From Chrysomallon squamiferum (lineage: Eukaryota; Animalia; Mollusca), in the NCBI GenBank assembly GCA_012295275.1, contig CM022667.1, positions 18,538,001 to 18,602,000 on the forward strand: 64,000 bases of DNA. The letters run 5' to 3'. The notes beneath the pieces are model-generated. The model searched no databases, had not been told where the DNA came from, and was given only the letters and a program-made list of their open reading frames with translations. Within the stretch, counting starts at the first letter, position 1, and every line of letters begins with the position of its first letter. This document shows positions 1 through 13,862 of the stretch, piece by piece. The translations under genes and the position numbers were made by a program.

Positions 1-587
1 TTAAATATGAGTATTATTATTATCATCATCATCATCATCAATTTAAAAACAACCGAAGTGACTTCTATTATTTTGTATTACGTTAATACCTAATCTGACT
101 GGTAAGGACTGATAGAATTTAAATACAATCTAAAGGGATGTGCATGTCGTAATAAAATATTTATACTACACGCCCCATTGGAAACCCGTTCCTTGCCATT
201 CACTTATGGTCATAAATGTTGCTATTAAGTTATACACTGCAGTCGCGAATTTTGTTCTCAGAGAATATTCAATTGTGTGGTAAATATAGATATTTCATTC
301 AAATTATTTACGACATTCATTTAGGACAGGTGTTGCAAGTCACATGACTCTTAATATTCAATTCTGTTAAAGGACAAACTGTATAGACTTCAAGACGGGA
401 AAGGAAATCCACTTCAGTTGATCATTTCCGACTCAAATAAAAACTAAAATGTTCAATGGTTTTGAGAATAGGGAACTGCTGTTATTATGATGTTCGTAAG
501 CAGTAAAGGAATTCTGTTAAGTTCATGAAAAATAATAGTTTTAATATTAGTGAATATGAAAATAAGACATGAAGATTCATTTTTATA

Positions 588-662
<75 letters not shown>
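588..662. repeat. (AAT)n/(AAAT)n microsatellite
   Basis: Direct reading. Confidence 0.95.
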
Positions 663-3211
663 AAATCATTACTGAGTGCTTTTATTTTATTTTTATCCTA
701 TTATTACTACTACTATAACTGTAACCACAAGAATTAGAGCTGCTGCTACTATTACTGTTAATACAAATTGTCATCGTTATCCTGATCATCATTATTGCTA
801 ATTGAAATAAAATACATACACACGGTAATAGCGAATCTCAGTACTAAAGAACTATTTTTCTAAAAACTGTTCGTTTTTATTAACGTCATTCCTTGTGTAA
901 TTATGTTACACTTTTACGAATGTTCTATAGCGACTCAATCTGTTTAGTTTTTTTGTTCTGATTAAACTTTTACTAATAAAATTAACGATAGTCTCCCGAC
1001 TAATCATTTGTCCATTAAGAATAACAAATAGGATAAAGTTTAAATAATATTACTATTAATCCAAAGAGTTGCTAAGGTTTATGGTTTATCAACTTAAAGG
1101 AAAAACAAAGAAAAAAATAAACAGTTTTTAACATCAAAGGTCATATGGTTAAGATAATGTTTCTGTTTCAACTAGTGCTCAACTTCTGACATATAAAACG
1201 ATTCAGTACTGTTATAATAATAATAATAATAATAAAGCCAGGGTGAAAAAGAGATTGGTTTAGGATAAATACTCATTAATTGCTGTTGTTTTTTGGATGA
1301 TTTACTTTTTCTTTCATTTTGTAATTTATCTCTGTATCAGATACCTCTGTATAATAGATATGAATTTAAAGAGAGATTGTGCAACACTTTTGGTCGTAAC
1401 CATATAAACTTAACGCTTTGCGAACATAGAAGATTATGTGATATTTCTCTTGTAACAATATCTCTTCGATCTAACTGCTTAGACAGAGAAATCATCTTTC
1501 TAGATCTTTCAGTGGATGTCAAACGAGGACGATGAAGCTGAATCATTACTGTCTGTTTTGAATTTTATGCAAACCGCTCATATCATCCTATCGATTAATT
1601 TACTACAATATCACGACAAAATTACAACATTAATAAATGCACTGATGTCAACGTTCATAGAACATTATAAAAAGTAGTTTAAATTTTAACGTTTCTACAT
1701 CATGTCATAAAATAATTATTCTGGAATGGATTAATTTCGTTACACCTTTTGTGATTTTTAATTTTTAATTTTAATTTTATACATATATTTATTTTTCATA
1801 TTAATATATTTATCACGCAGTGAAGACATTTGAAAAAAAATTAAATTATAATAATATCTGTGTTTTTTTTAGTGATGATGTTCATGAACAATACGCTGGA
1901 CAGTATCACGTGTGGTTGATTAATATATATACATTCGCATACATTAAAGTACACACACGCACACATACACACATATAATACGACATATACAAAGATACAA
2001 TACTTTCCTAAATGCTTTAGTCGATATATCTGCTTGTAAACAATGTGGTGTCTTACGATTTATGTATCCGTGTAAAAGTTGTCAAAGTAAATTAGCAAGG
2101 ACTGGCGAGAAGAAATCATTTCCCAAGAGATGGCAATGGAGAACATTGAACGGTTCAAATTAATCCATCAGTCTTTTGTGAAGAACCATAAACAAACTCA
2201 TAGCCATTTAAAAAAAAAAAAATTCTTGACGTGCATTCTCACAACGCAATAATTACTAATACCAGTAAAGTATTCATAAACTCACTCAGAATATGTAATT
2301 ATATAATTTATTTAATCGTCAGTATGTATTTTATATTTGTTGTATTTTTGTGGGTGAGTATAAACACCCATGCGATACTGTTATACAGTTCTTGTCTATG
2401 TCCTTACTCTCGACACTTCCATGTAAATGTTTACTTTTGGATCCCACAGTTACTTTCTTTACTAATATATCATTTCTGAAAATTTCATTCACACAAATAT
2501 CGCTTTTCAAAGATGAATAGTTTAATTATTTAAAGAAAAATAATATAAACAAAACACACAAACACACACACACACAAAATAAAACACACAAAAAAAAAAA
2601 ATACAAACAGCAAGAATGGCAGAAATGTCATTAAATATAATAAATACATGACAGTATTGATATCAGAAAAAGGGAACAAGTATCGTCCATAATTATCTAC
2701 ATATTTCTCTACTGTATTTATATAAAATGCCGAGGTCAGTATAACTATTATTTCATTTAATACAAGTAATTTCATTGGCCTCAGTGAACTGAATTATCCA
2801 GTAAAAATACTTGATACATCACTGATAAAAAAAATGTAAATTACTTAAGCTGGTACAAGTGACTGCTGATGTAATAAAACTAACAAATAAAATTAAATTA
2901 AAAATGTTCGTGTATTATTTCAAAAAGACAGTGGTAAGGAATTTTCTCTTTTAAATCAAAATTTAGGTTTTTCGATATAGAAATGGCAAACCGTGTTTGG
3001 CAAATGGAGTTGTAAAAAAGTGGGTTGCAGACAAAGTGGGTTATAGAAAATGGCCTTATAAACAGACACCAGAAATAACTTTGTCAGCACCTTAGATACA
3101 ACATTAGTAAATACTAATACTAAATACTAATATATATATACATATATATATATATTTACAGTAGAACTAAAAGAACATCTAAGTATAAAATACAGAAATA
3201 GTGATACTTGC

Positions 3212-3275
3212 TTGCACTGGTTACAGACGTGTTTCCAAATGGTCGTTGAATGTCGCCAGACTTCCTACAGTCAAC
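3212..3275 (-). other. Candidate exon of an unidentified minus-strand gene (VDCRKSGDIQRPFGNTSVTSA)
   Basis: Acceptor tctctaattgcag|; donor GCAA|gcaagt (GC type) or |gtatca 4 nt further. Open only in phase 0 and more GC-rich than its flanks. Confidence 0.25.
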
Positions 3276-4214
3276 CTGCAATTAGAGAGATTCAAACTTT
3301 GTATACTGCAGTTACAGAAACTTAGCCAATGTCCACAGCGACTGAATATTACTAGGTGGTCAAGTAGCGTTAATATGAATCAGTTATAGCAGAGAATTAC
3401 AATTTGGTTCGTTTGTATGTGATAATTACCTATATTCAAGGCCATCTGTTATAAAATATTTAGGACACAGTAGGAACGTTAAAGCTTTATTATGTTTTTC
3501 TGAGTTATAAATGGTTTCATTTTATATTTGTCGATTTTTATTATTAGAAATGACAACTCATTTCTGGCCATGTTTCTTTATTGTTCGAACGATTATTATT
3601 TAGGACTTCCTCTATAAATTAAAATTTTATCACTGTCATCCTGATATTTATCCAAAATATTAGTGTTACCAACTACTATCAACCCAATAGCATCATCAAC
3701 ATTGTTTCACATTCAGGATTTAGAAAAGAAAATCTCTAGCTGTGGATGAAATAACTTTTTGACAACATGGATTCCATTATAAAGCAATAACAACAACAAA
3801 TGAGAGTTAGAAAAAAAGTACAACAAAAAGTATTGAGTGTTCCCCTTCAATTGATACGGCATCTTTTATTTTATAAAATTCTAGATAATTTTGAGTTCAA
3901 CCTTCATTATGGACACCGCCTGTGTTACGAGTTAGATTAACAAGATTAACAAAAGATAAAAAACGACAGGGACGTGAAAATACAACAAACCTGATTTACG
4001 CGCAGGTTAAGTGATTATGATTGGAAAAATAAAACATGAAAGAAAATGAAGTATTTATGTAATGTAAAAAGTTTCTTAGTGAAATAACTGATTATTGTAA
4101 AACGAAGAAATTGTTTTCTTCCTACGAATACAAGCTTGTCCTGACGCATATATATGGATAAAAACCGATTATAGTCTCATCATTCACTACATCCTTAAAT
4201 CGGGAATCATACAC

Positions 4215-4319
<105 letters not shown>

Positions 4320-5189
4320 AACTCAGAGATACATAAGAAAATCAACGACGAATACATTATTCTCTGATGTCAAAGTAAACTGATAATCGGTTTCCAAAGT
4401 AAAAACTTAAAAACTAATTAAAACACAATGTGAAAATATATATGCCAGAAAGCAGAGAATCTAATAATAAATAACACTTTTTACAGTAATGTAATTTATC
4501 ATAGTAATTACATCTATAATAACAATAGACATTTTGTTTCTTTACAAAAATAGCACAGATGATGATAGAACGTAAAAACTTCAACGCTGTTTCTTCTCAC
4601 TGCAGTCAATGTCCACTAGAACTTTGAAACGTAATGTGAAAAAAAAATGTGATTAACCAATAAGCGTTAAATACTATTCAGTCACGCTCATACTGTCATT
4701 GCAGCATTCTTAGAATCAACATGCTTCTCCGAATTCTGTTGTATGTTAAATAAGTTATCATTAAAAGCTTTAATGGCAACCACGTTCCGTTTCAATAATT
4801 TTCATGTTATGCCAAAACCAATACTTGTTTGTCAGCAGAGTACTAAACAATTACACTGATACTAATGAGATGTAGCCAAATAATCCACGCTAATCACCAA
4901 TTCTTATCATTTCCCCTCTCAGACGCTTAGTTATCTTTATTTGTTGTGTTGTATTAAAAGAAGTATAATAATTAGTTTGAGTATACTGCAGTTGTTGGTA
5001 GGTAATGTTCACGAGATTGAGACAAAAATATAAATATTTATTTCTTAGAATAAAAGAAATTCATAAATAATATTTATTTGTAAGTTTCTGGTTGCGTCTA
5101 ACCTCACTCGTTTTTCAGGCTGCAGACATAAATACAAATGTTTCGAATTTGAATTTTCTTTAATTATTTAGATTGTTTGTGTTCTTTTA

Positions 5190-5276
5190 CTCATTCATTC
5201 ATCCATCCATCCATCCATCCATCCATCCATCCATCCATCCATCCATCCATCTATGTGTCTGTTTATCTACCTACTA

Positions 5277-5340
<64 letters not shown>

Positions 5341-5355
5341 TTGTCTGTCTATCTA
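5190..5355. repeat. Compound (CATT)(CATC)n(TCTA)n microsatellite
   Basis: Direct reading; explains the spurious HPSI/YLSI ORFs. Confidence 0.95.
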
Positions 5356-8300
5356 TATAACAGTCTTTATAAGTAATTAAATTCAGGTCTTAAATTACGA
5401 TATAAAACTAAAATAAAACAATGGACTATACCGATATTAACTACAAACGAGTCTGAATTATTATTTAAAATCGTATATGCCTACGTGAAACTTGACTAAT
5501 AGATATATTATTAAATAATTTTTGTTTTCATATTGGCATCGTTATAGATCGTCAGGTGTTCCTCCAACGATTGAATCAGCTCTTGGCGTTGGTGCGTATA
5601 ACTTTCCTTGGTGCGTATAACGATTCCCTTCATTGACAATTAGACCCAAGGGTATACAGAATACTTCAAACCAGTCTGCTGCAGAGAAACATAATTTTTA
5701 TTTCTATAGTTTCTACACGGAGAAAATGTCTGCAGAAACAAACTCAATATTTAACAAGTAAAACAGATACTGAAGAGAAATAACATATAAGTAACATAAA
5801 TAAATAATAAATAAATAATAAACGGATGGTTATTTTTAACATTTTGTATTTGAAATATATTGGTAAAAAGTTGGTAATTAATAAGTTAAATTAAAAATTG
5901 TTTATCGTAGGCAATAGTAGACTGCTTCAGTCAGTGCAAAATACCATAATATGTTGTCATGGGAGTTTTAATAATATTATTATTATTTATATTTTATTAT
6001 ATTTTATTTACAATAAAACCAATATTATACGACATGAGAATAATCAGCTATATTCATCTAAAAGTTTTGAAGATACGTGTAATTCGGGTTAATCAAGTTG
6101 AGAGCAGAAAGGAGAGAAAAGGATTATAAAAACAGAATTTTAACAAATAACGACGCTACTGTTGAAAGATAAATGAGGAAATGGTTGAGAACAGATTACG
6201 TCTGGCGCCTCGATTTAGTTGTAAATGTAAGGGAGAATATCCTCTCTTTCTATTCATGAATATAACCTTGTGTTAACTAATGAGAACTAAACTGCTTGTT
6301 TTATGTTATCTAGAGAGACAATGCTGCAAGATATATTTATCTTTATTACATTGTCCGCTTACTATTTGTTACATTGCTTGTTTAGAAAATAATTTATTTA
6401 TTTATTTGTTTATTTATTTGCTTATTTATTTATTTTTAACTATTTTTTTTTGTATTTATTTTAATATATATATATTTCTTTATTTCTTTATTTAGTTAGT
6501 TAGTTAAACTTTTCATTGAAATTTTAAATTAGTTGTTCTTATCATTATAAACAATACTCCTTTGAGATTTAAACATCAGTTATGAAGTTTATATCAAACA
6601 TTAAATTAAACAATATTCGAACAGATCTTTTATTGAATCTAAGTTATATAATAACTATTTTTATCGATGTCTTCGTTATTTTTTTCTTTCGGAGTTCGTT
6701 TTTGAATCATCTGTGAAAACTATAAAATATAGAACAAATTCTAGCAAAATTCTAGAAAAATGCTAGTTTTAAAGAGTAGTTCAGAATAATACGTCCAGCT
6801 AAATCTCGATCGAAGAACAAAACAATAATAATAACAAGTGTAAATGGCTAGGTGGTACCAGTTTCTGCGCATTTACTATCCTGTTCATGCTGTTTTACGT
6901 AAAGTCGATCACCGCATCTCAGATAACAATATATTTGTCCAGGTCTGCCAATAAATGTCTCATTGAACAATTATTTAGTCGTGATGTTTAACAGACCGCT
7001 TTCTCTAATTATTTTTTATCATGTTTGTACCATTTTTAAAATGAAGACTAAAGAATACTACCGATTATTGTAAAGTAAATCACAATGAAATATGGAAAAA
7101 ATTAAAATAAACAAATAATAAAGTTGTAATATGTTTTTAATCCCATTTCATTTTACACTAATGATAAAACAAAACAATAACGTAAATATTAACAGCATAC
7201 ATAAGTGACTGATTTTTTTTGTTTCATATTTTTGTTGTCCATTTTACAGAGATAAACACGGCACTTAAATCGTGCCTCTACTGCAGCTAATTTTATCATC
7301 ACTGTTTAACTTAGGGCGTCAGGAAGATGTATTTATAGACGAGAAATGTATATTTTTAACTGCCAAGTTATCGCAGTTTGTACAGAAAAAAAGCGACAGT
7401 GAATCAGTGGGACTATTATCTATTCCATCGATTCTCTATTAACTTCCTAATAACAACGTGCCTAGTCGAATCTAACTGTCATCTTTCTACCAAACTGATC
7501 TTCGTTCAGTATATTCGAAAACAACGATCAAAAGATGAAGTAAGAATCGGAGACTCAGTAACAGTTTGTTAATATCTAGACTCCAGTAGATGATTTATAA
7601 TGTGTATTACAGACAGATGGACTTTTTCTACTTAATCATTATTCAAATCACTGAGATGTTTTAAAAACTAATTTATAAACAAACAGAAGCCAGAAATGAT
7701 TGGTGGCTTGCATTACTATTTATTATACTCTTGCTGGAAATTGCTATTCAGCTGAATTTTAATTCTTTATTATTGTTATCACTGTTGTTGTTGTTGCTGT
7801 TGTTATTATTATGTATGCGCTCTACCTGCTAGTGTATTTATCTGTATGTAATATATATCCATGGGGAAGTTTTTGGTACGGAAATGTTTTAAATTAAACA
7901 TTCCTTATTTTGCAAGCAAACAAATGTCCAAAAAATGTTTAGCAAAAAACCGGCTAAAATAAGTTGTCAGATAGCAGTGGATAAAATTAAAGACAATTTT
8001 TTAACGTAAGATTGCTTTTAAACCATCAGTATATCTATAAAAGCCAACATTACTTTTGTGTATACCAGTCAAAGCAGATGGTCATGAAATAATCAGTAAC
8101 AATTAGAAGATGGGATATAAATATGTAAATACAATTATTTTAAGAATACCCTGCAGATTACAAGTTGAAACAATTCTAACTCCCAGGCGTTTTGTTAGGT
8201 TATTTGTTCTCTCTAGTTAACTATTCAAATAATTATTTTACAATATAAAAGAAGAAGAATGGAAACAACTAAATGTATGCAGAACGGATAACTTCTCTGT

Positions 8301-8966
8301 TACTGACTGTCAGTATCACGCTCTTGATATATTCCAAAAAATTAAATACAAAATATATAAATAAAATATTCATTTATCAGTTTGGTCAGCGATAAAATAA
8401 TTCAGAGTTATTTTAGAGTTTACTGAGATAATTTAGTTATGAACTGTAGTTATGTAGTTAAAATAACCAGTCTGCGATACAGTTTCGCACAATTAAAATG
8501 ATAAAAAAGAGAAGAAAATTAAACAAAAATCACATATAAAGATAAAGGAATTTTGTAAAATGTTCTTCTAGTCAGCTGTTAGCTAGTTAGTTATTATTAG
8601 TACTAGTATTATCATTATCATAATTATTATTATTGTCATAAAATTATACTGAAAAGAAAACAACAAAAATCATTCAATGCATTCATCTTCAGTATATTTA
8701 ATGAACCCATCACATCAAAGAATACGGTATTTAATTTAGGCCATTTTTTCGCATCACCAAATGTACACACTTCAGTCAGAAATGAAGGTTATTTAGCCAG
8801 CTATCGATTCACTGGTCTTTAACGATCATTAGGCGAAGACAAAATAATTTGGTAATTGTTTACAGTTAGCTACTAATGATTTTTATTCAGTATATTGTGT
8901 TTGAAGACTTGTACTCATCCACTGATACGTTTAAACTTAAGACAGAAAAAAAAGTGACAATAGCAG

Positions 8967-9007
<41 letters not shown>

Positions 9008-9276
9008 TCATAATAATAACGATAACAACAACAATTATGTAAATATGGAAAAGCAATGACAAAAATATATCGTGACAAATGCATAGTTTATAATCCATTA
9101 TCATTTCTACGAAATCATATTAATATATGTATATGATTTATGCTGATAATAATAATAGTAATTAATGTAGCAACAACAACCTTAGCAAATAGGTATGATG
9201 GAAATTTACATTAGAAACTGGAAACGTGCAAACATCAGTTATCACTAGTAGCCGACATCTGAATTATCGGTATGCC

Positions 9277-9745
9277 GAAAAATTTCTGTTGACTTAGTCA
9301 TCAACGAATACAGAAAAGTTCTGTTGACAAATTGTTGACTTAATCATCAATGAATACTGAAACTTTCTGTTGACAAGATGTCGACTTCGTCATAAAAGAA
9401 TAATTACGAAGCGATACAGAAAATTTCTGCTAACAAAATATTGACGATCATCAATAAATAGAGATATTTTCAGCTGAAAAGTACTGATTGACATGATGGT
9501 CAATGAAAAATGATCAATGAAAAATGAAATTTTTTTATGTTAAAATGTTGACATTAAGGAATACAGAAAATCTCTACAGAAAAATTAGGTAATCATCAGT
9601 GAATAGTGAAAATGTCTGTAGACAAATTGTGATTTTAGTCAGTCGAAAAATAGGCACAAAGGAATAATTAAATTTCTATTGCATACTTAGGTGATAATCA
9701 ATGAATAGTGAAAAATAATGTTGAAAAATTACTGACTGAATAATT
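9277..9745. repeat. Degenerate minisatellite, unit about 45-48 bp
   Basis: Recurring GAATACAGAAAA(G/T)TTCTGTTGACAAA..TTGACTTA.TCATCAAT, roughly 8-10 increasingly diverged copies. Confidence 0.75.
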
Positions 9746-11515
9746 TAGTAGAAGCTTTCACTTCTACGAGAAAGAGTTTAGCGAAGAACATAACAGATAG
9801 TTTTCGTTAGAATGCAACATAACATTAAGGACAAATGACCTCGATTTTAAGACGAATCAAAAACTAAAGATAAAAGATTGAAAATTAGATGAAAATAACA
9901 ACTCAGATAGAGAAGAACATGTGAAACGTTTCCACGTCGATAATAATGTTTTAGCGGAGAGAGAGGTCAGTTATTAGCAAATCGAAAACACGATTTGAAA
10001 AAATATTAAAGGTCAATGGAAAACGAAAGAGAAACTGTCAACATCTCCGACCATCACTGCTTGAAGTACTGAGAACACTGAGTCAAAGTATGACAGTGGT
10101 GAAAATAACTCTTCTGTACTACACACACAGCTCACAAGTAAACCAGTGATGTCTCTGGGGGTTTTTAAAAATGAAATCATAACTATTCCCAACGCTATGG
10201 TCTTGAGTTAGAGGCCTGTTCTTAGTTGATGTTTTATTGGTTAATGACCTCTTTTTATTTATTTATTTATTAGCTAGTTATTAGTTGATTTGTTTGTTTA
10301 TTTATTTATTTTTTTATTAACACTAAATTAGACCACGCAACCGATAATAATTACTGCGAAATACAACTTAATATTAGCTCGGATAAACCAATAATATGTC
10401 TATTTAAAAAAAATAAAAAATAAAAAAAAATAACGAAATCCTGTACTCGATGGGTTTTGAGTTATGCTAAATTAGTATTTTACTAGTAATTTATTTTGTC
10501 CTGATGATGCAGAGTTTATTATGAGTATTTCTGGCGTATGGTTTCAGTGTTATTTCCACTAATAATTTGTTTTATTTTAAGGTTTAAAAAGGTTGAAAAC
10601 ATTTATTATCTTTTTATGACATAAACAACAATATAATTATATAAGTATTATGAACATAATTATATACGCATTATGAAGACCTTCTTTCCGTTTCTCTCTC
10701 TCTCTCTCTAGAAAGCAACACTCATTTAGCATTATCATACGATAGGTTCCCTGTGAACAATAAATTAAGATATTTTATGATATAGTAAATATTTGTTTTT
10801 CAGTAATCAGTGACTATCATAATTAATTCTGTTATCGACCAACACCAGTATTTCATTCTGAACTGAATTAGTAGTTTGAACATCGCTAATTAAGTTGTAT
10901 TTTTATTTCCTGTAAATTAGACTAGCTGGCTTCCAGAAAGCAAGAATTTGTCGCATAAAATAGATTTCAAATAACCACATTTGTTTTTTTCATATTTTTG
11001 TTTATTCAGCACTCAATAACTATAGCAGTCGTTTAAACAAAGCAAAAAATTGTTTTCAAAAATGTCTGTTTGTCTATTAATAATTATGACTATAAAACTA
11101 ATAACAATTACATTGTAATTTAAATGCAGTTAAGAAAAAAAGAAAGAAAAAAGAACGAAGAGATCATGCATATTTATTACTAAAATGTTTATTTGTTTCT
11201 TTTTTTAGGATATCACCCTAAATTAATTTCAGAATGCTAGTTAAATAACAACAACAAGAAAAGAAAAAAGTAGAAAAATATAAGCATTTTTATGTTATAA
11301 CTAAAACAAACTATGAATGGATATTATTTAAAACATTTTATATTAAATTTCAAAACGTAGACATTTCTAATAAAAAATATAAAATAAATAAACATTTCCA
11401 GATTTTTTTGCACAAACCATGACATATAAATTTATTCCCGATGTTACCTCAAGTAACTAAACAAGCAGGACGTACACACATGTTCTAGATACATAAGTAA
11501 TATCTCTTCACTTAC

Positions 11516-11600
11516 CGTGGAAGATGAATCCATCTCGAATTTTTGCATGACGAGTAGGTATCCTGACTAAAGACAACATGTAGATTTTTTTTCTATACAA
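11516..11600 (-). other. Candidate exon of an unidentified minus-strand gene (possible start MQKFEMDSSST)
   Basis: Bounded by ctaacag| and ACG|gtaagt; an ATG at 11548 runs in phase 0 to the donor. No recognisable homology. Confidence 0.3.
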
Positions 11601-13185
11601 CTGTTAGTTTGATCTATACATAGCTATGGCGTTTCTTACTGCCCCAATCATATACAAGGCTGGTCGTGAAGCTAGTGAAAAAAAAAGAAAAAAAAAAGAG
11701 AAGAAAATCGATGAAATCAAATTCTGTCGCGTGGGCGCAAACGCAGAAACAGAAAAAATACGACAGTAAATCCAGTTGTTGTTATTGTTCACATACATGT
11801 AGAAGGGACATATATAGACAGATCAGAGGAATAAAAGTGACAGAAAGATTAATATTTTTGAAACGGAGTAAATTTATAGCTAAATTAATGAAGTGCATCT
11901 TTACGTTCGTCATATATTATGCAGTGTAAATGAGGAATATATTTGATTTAATGACGCATATTTTTTTCCATTTATTAATCATCTTTATATCACCTTCCAT
12001 CACACAGAGAAATACATACCATTACCTTTGACAAACAAGGCATATGGTTAGGGCAATAAAGGTCGCATTGGGAAGAATTGATTGTACGACGCTTTTGGAA
12101 ACTGTTCTATATTGTTGATTAGAATCATTATTCTCAGGTCTGTGAACTGAGTTATAACTATTTGTATTTTAGATTAAATATTTTATATAATGTACACTTT
12201 ACCAAATGTCACTGTTTAGAAGTTAGTTTTACAATGCGCGTAGCAGCTGTTCTGTTTACACACAGTGGATATTGAGAAATTAATTCATAACTCGTGGTTC
12301 AAACTACGTTCATTAATTTTATTGTTAATTAACTGGTAATTTTAATTATTAATATATATTAATATGATCTATTTGATTAATGTTTGCTTTAGAAATTCAC
12401 CATGATCTGTAATTTGCCACGTACTAGTACTTTTAATTTCACAGATGCAAACATTTTTTTTATAAAGAAAATTGTAAATTAACACGTCTAATAGAATATA
12501 CATTTAAGTTTACAATAAATTAATTCTTTTAAGAATAACTAATTTTTATATTTGTGTTTCCATGGCGTCTATTCAAAGACAATAATCAGAATGGTTATTC
12601 AATGTTTGTTCATATTAAAATTAAAGATTCTATTTAGATATAATAACCGTGCAACAAAGAATTTAATATATTTATGGGTTAGGCCCAAGCTGAAGCTTCC
12701 TACGTAAATCTTTGATTTGCATCGTGCATAGTGTCACATCTGGTTAGATGACACAAGTATAAAAGGTAAATTAATGCAAAGCCACGTAGCCATGACGACC
12801 CCCACATTTTTTGTTGCCAGTGAGCGTGTCACGCCATATTTCTGTGTTTTTGATAGACCTGTTTAGGAGTGCACGATCGTCTTTCTCTGCCGATTGAAAA
12901 AAAAAAAAAGAAAAAAAAGAAAAGAAATGAACACAACATAATTATAGATTAAACCGAGTCGTTAACATGGCTCCTTTTACTAGTGACTTTTAATCTGTCA
13001 TCGCATATCTTGATACAACTGCGTGACGCACGTACATTTTTAACTGATGAATTTGAACTCCGAAACATCATTATTCTTTGCGAATATATATTTTCGGAAT
13101 CAGTTCAAACCAGTTTCAGTTTTATAATAATGAACTTTCAAATGACTGCATTTCAGAAATAATGCACACAAAATCATATACATCT

Positions 13186-13188
<3 letters not shown>

Positions 13189-13262
<74 letters not shown>
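13189..13262. repeat. (CT)n microsatellite
   Basis: Direct reading. Confidence 0.97.
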
Positions 13263-13267
<5 letters not shown>

Positions 13268-13382
13268 CTATATATCTAATATCTAATCCAATTTAATCTT
13301 TATCTTTTTGTACATGTCTGTTTATCAAATTTCTATATGTGTATTTCAAAACATTTTTGATAACATACCACCATTGTTTTTA

Positions 13383-13427
<45 letters not shown>

Positions 13428-13684
13428 TTAAATTATAGTCAACTAACTGTTTGAAATTATTCAGTATTCTGTAAGTGTTTTTGTCACTGCGGGCTTTTAT
13501 AGAACTGTTACGATTTCACTTCCTATTTTTATTTTAATTTCTCTACCTTTCTTATCTAATGCAATATTTTGTATAGTCTTTTAAGAAATGCCCTAACATC
13601 ATTAATTTGTATTTATATTGATTGATTACTTACTTTCAAAACGTTTGTTTGTTTGTTTATTTATCTATATTTCTAGCTACGCAC

Positions 13685-13744
13685 TACCTACCTATCTACC
13701 TTTCTATCTATCTACCTATCTATCTATCTATCTATCTATCTATC

Positions 13745-13811
<67 letters not shown>

Positions 13812-13862
13812 AATCTATCAATCTATCTATCCATCCATCCATCCATCCATCCATCCATCCAT
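13685..13862. repeat. Compound (TCTA)n(CATC)n microsatellite
   Basis: Direct reading. Confidence 0.95.

Noticed and set aside
1337-1546. 69-aa minus-strand ORF with a possible donor
   Set aside because: No recognisable motif and a weak acceptor; cannot be distinguished from chance.
5173-5380. ORFs with HPSI/YLSI repeats (also 13618-13885, 13078-13296, 52292-52555)
   Set aside because: They are translations of microsatellites.
9277-9745. Repeat array considered as CRISPR-like
   Set aside because: Eukaryotic context, degenerate contiguous units, no unique spacers and no cas genes.
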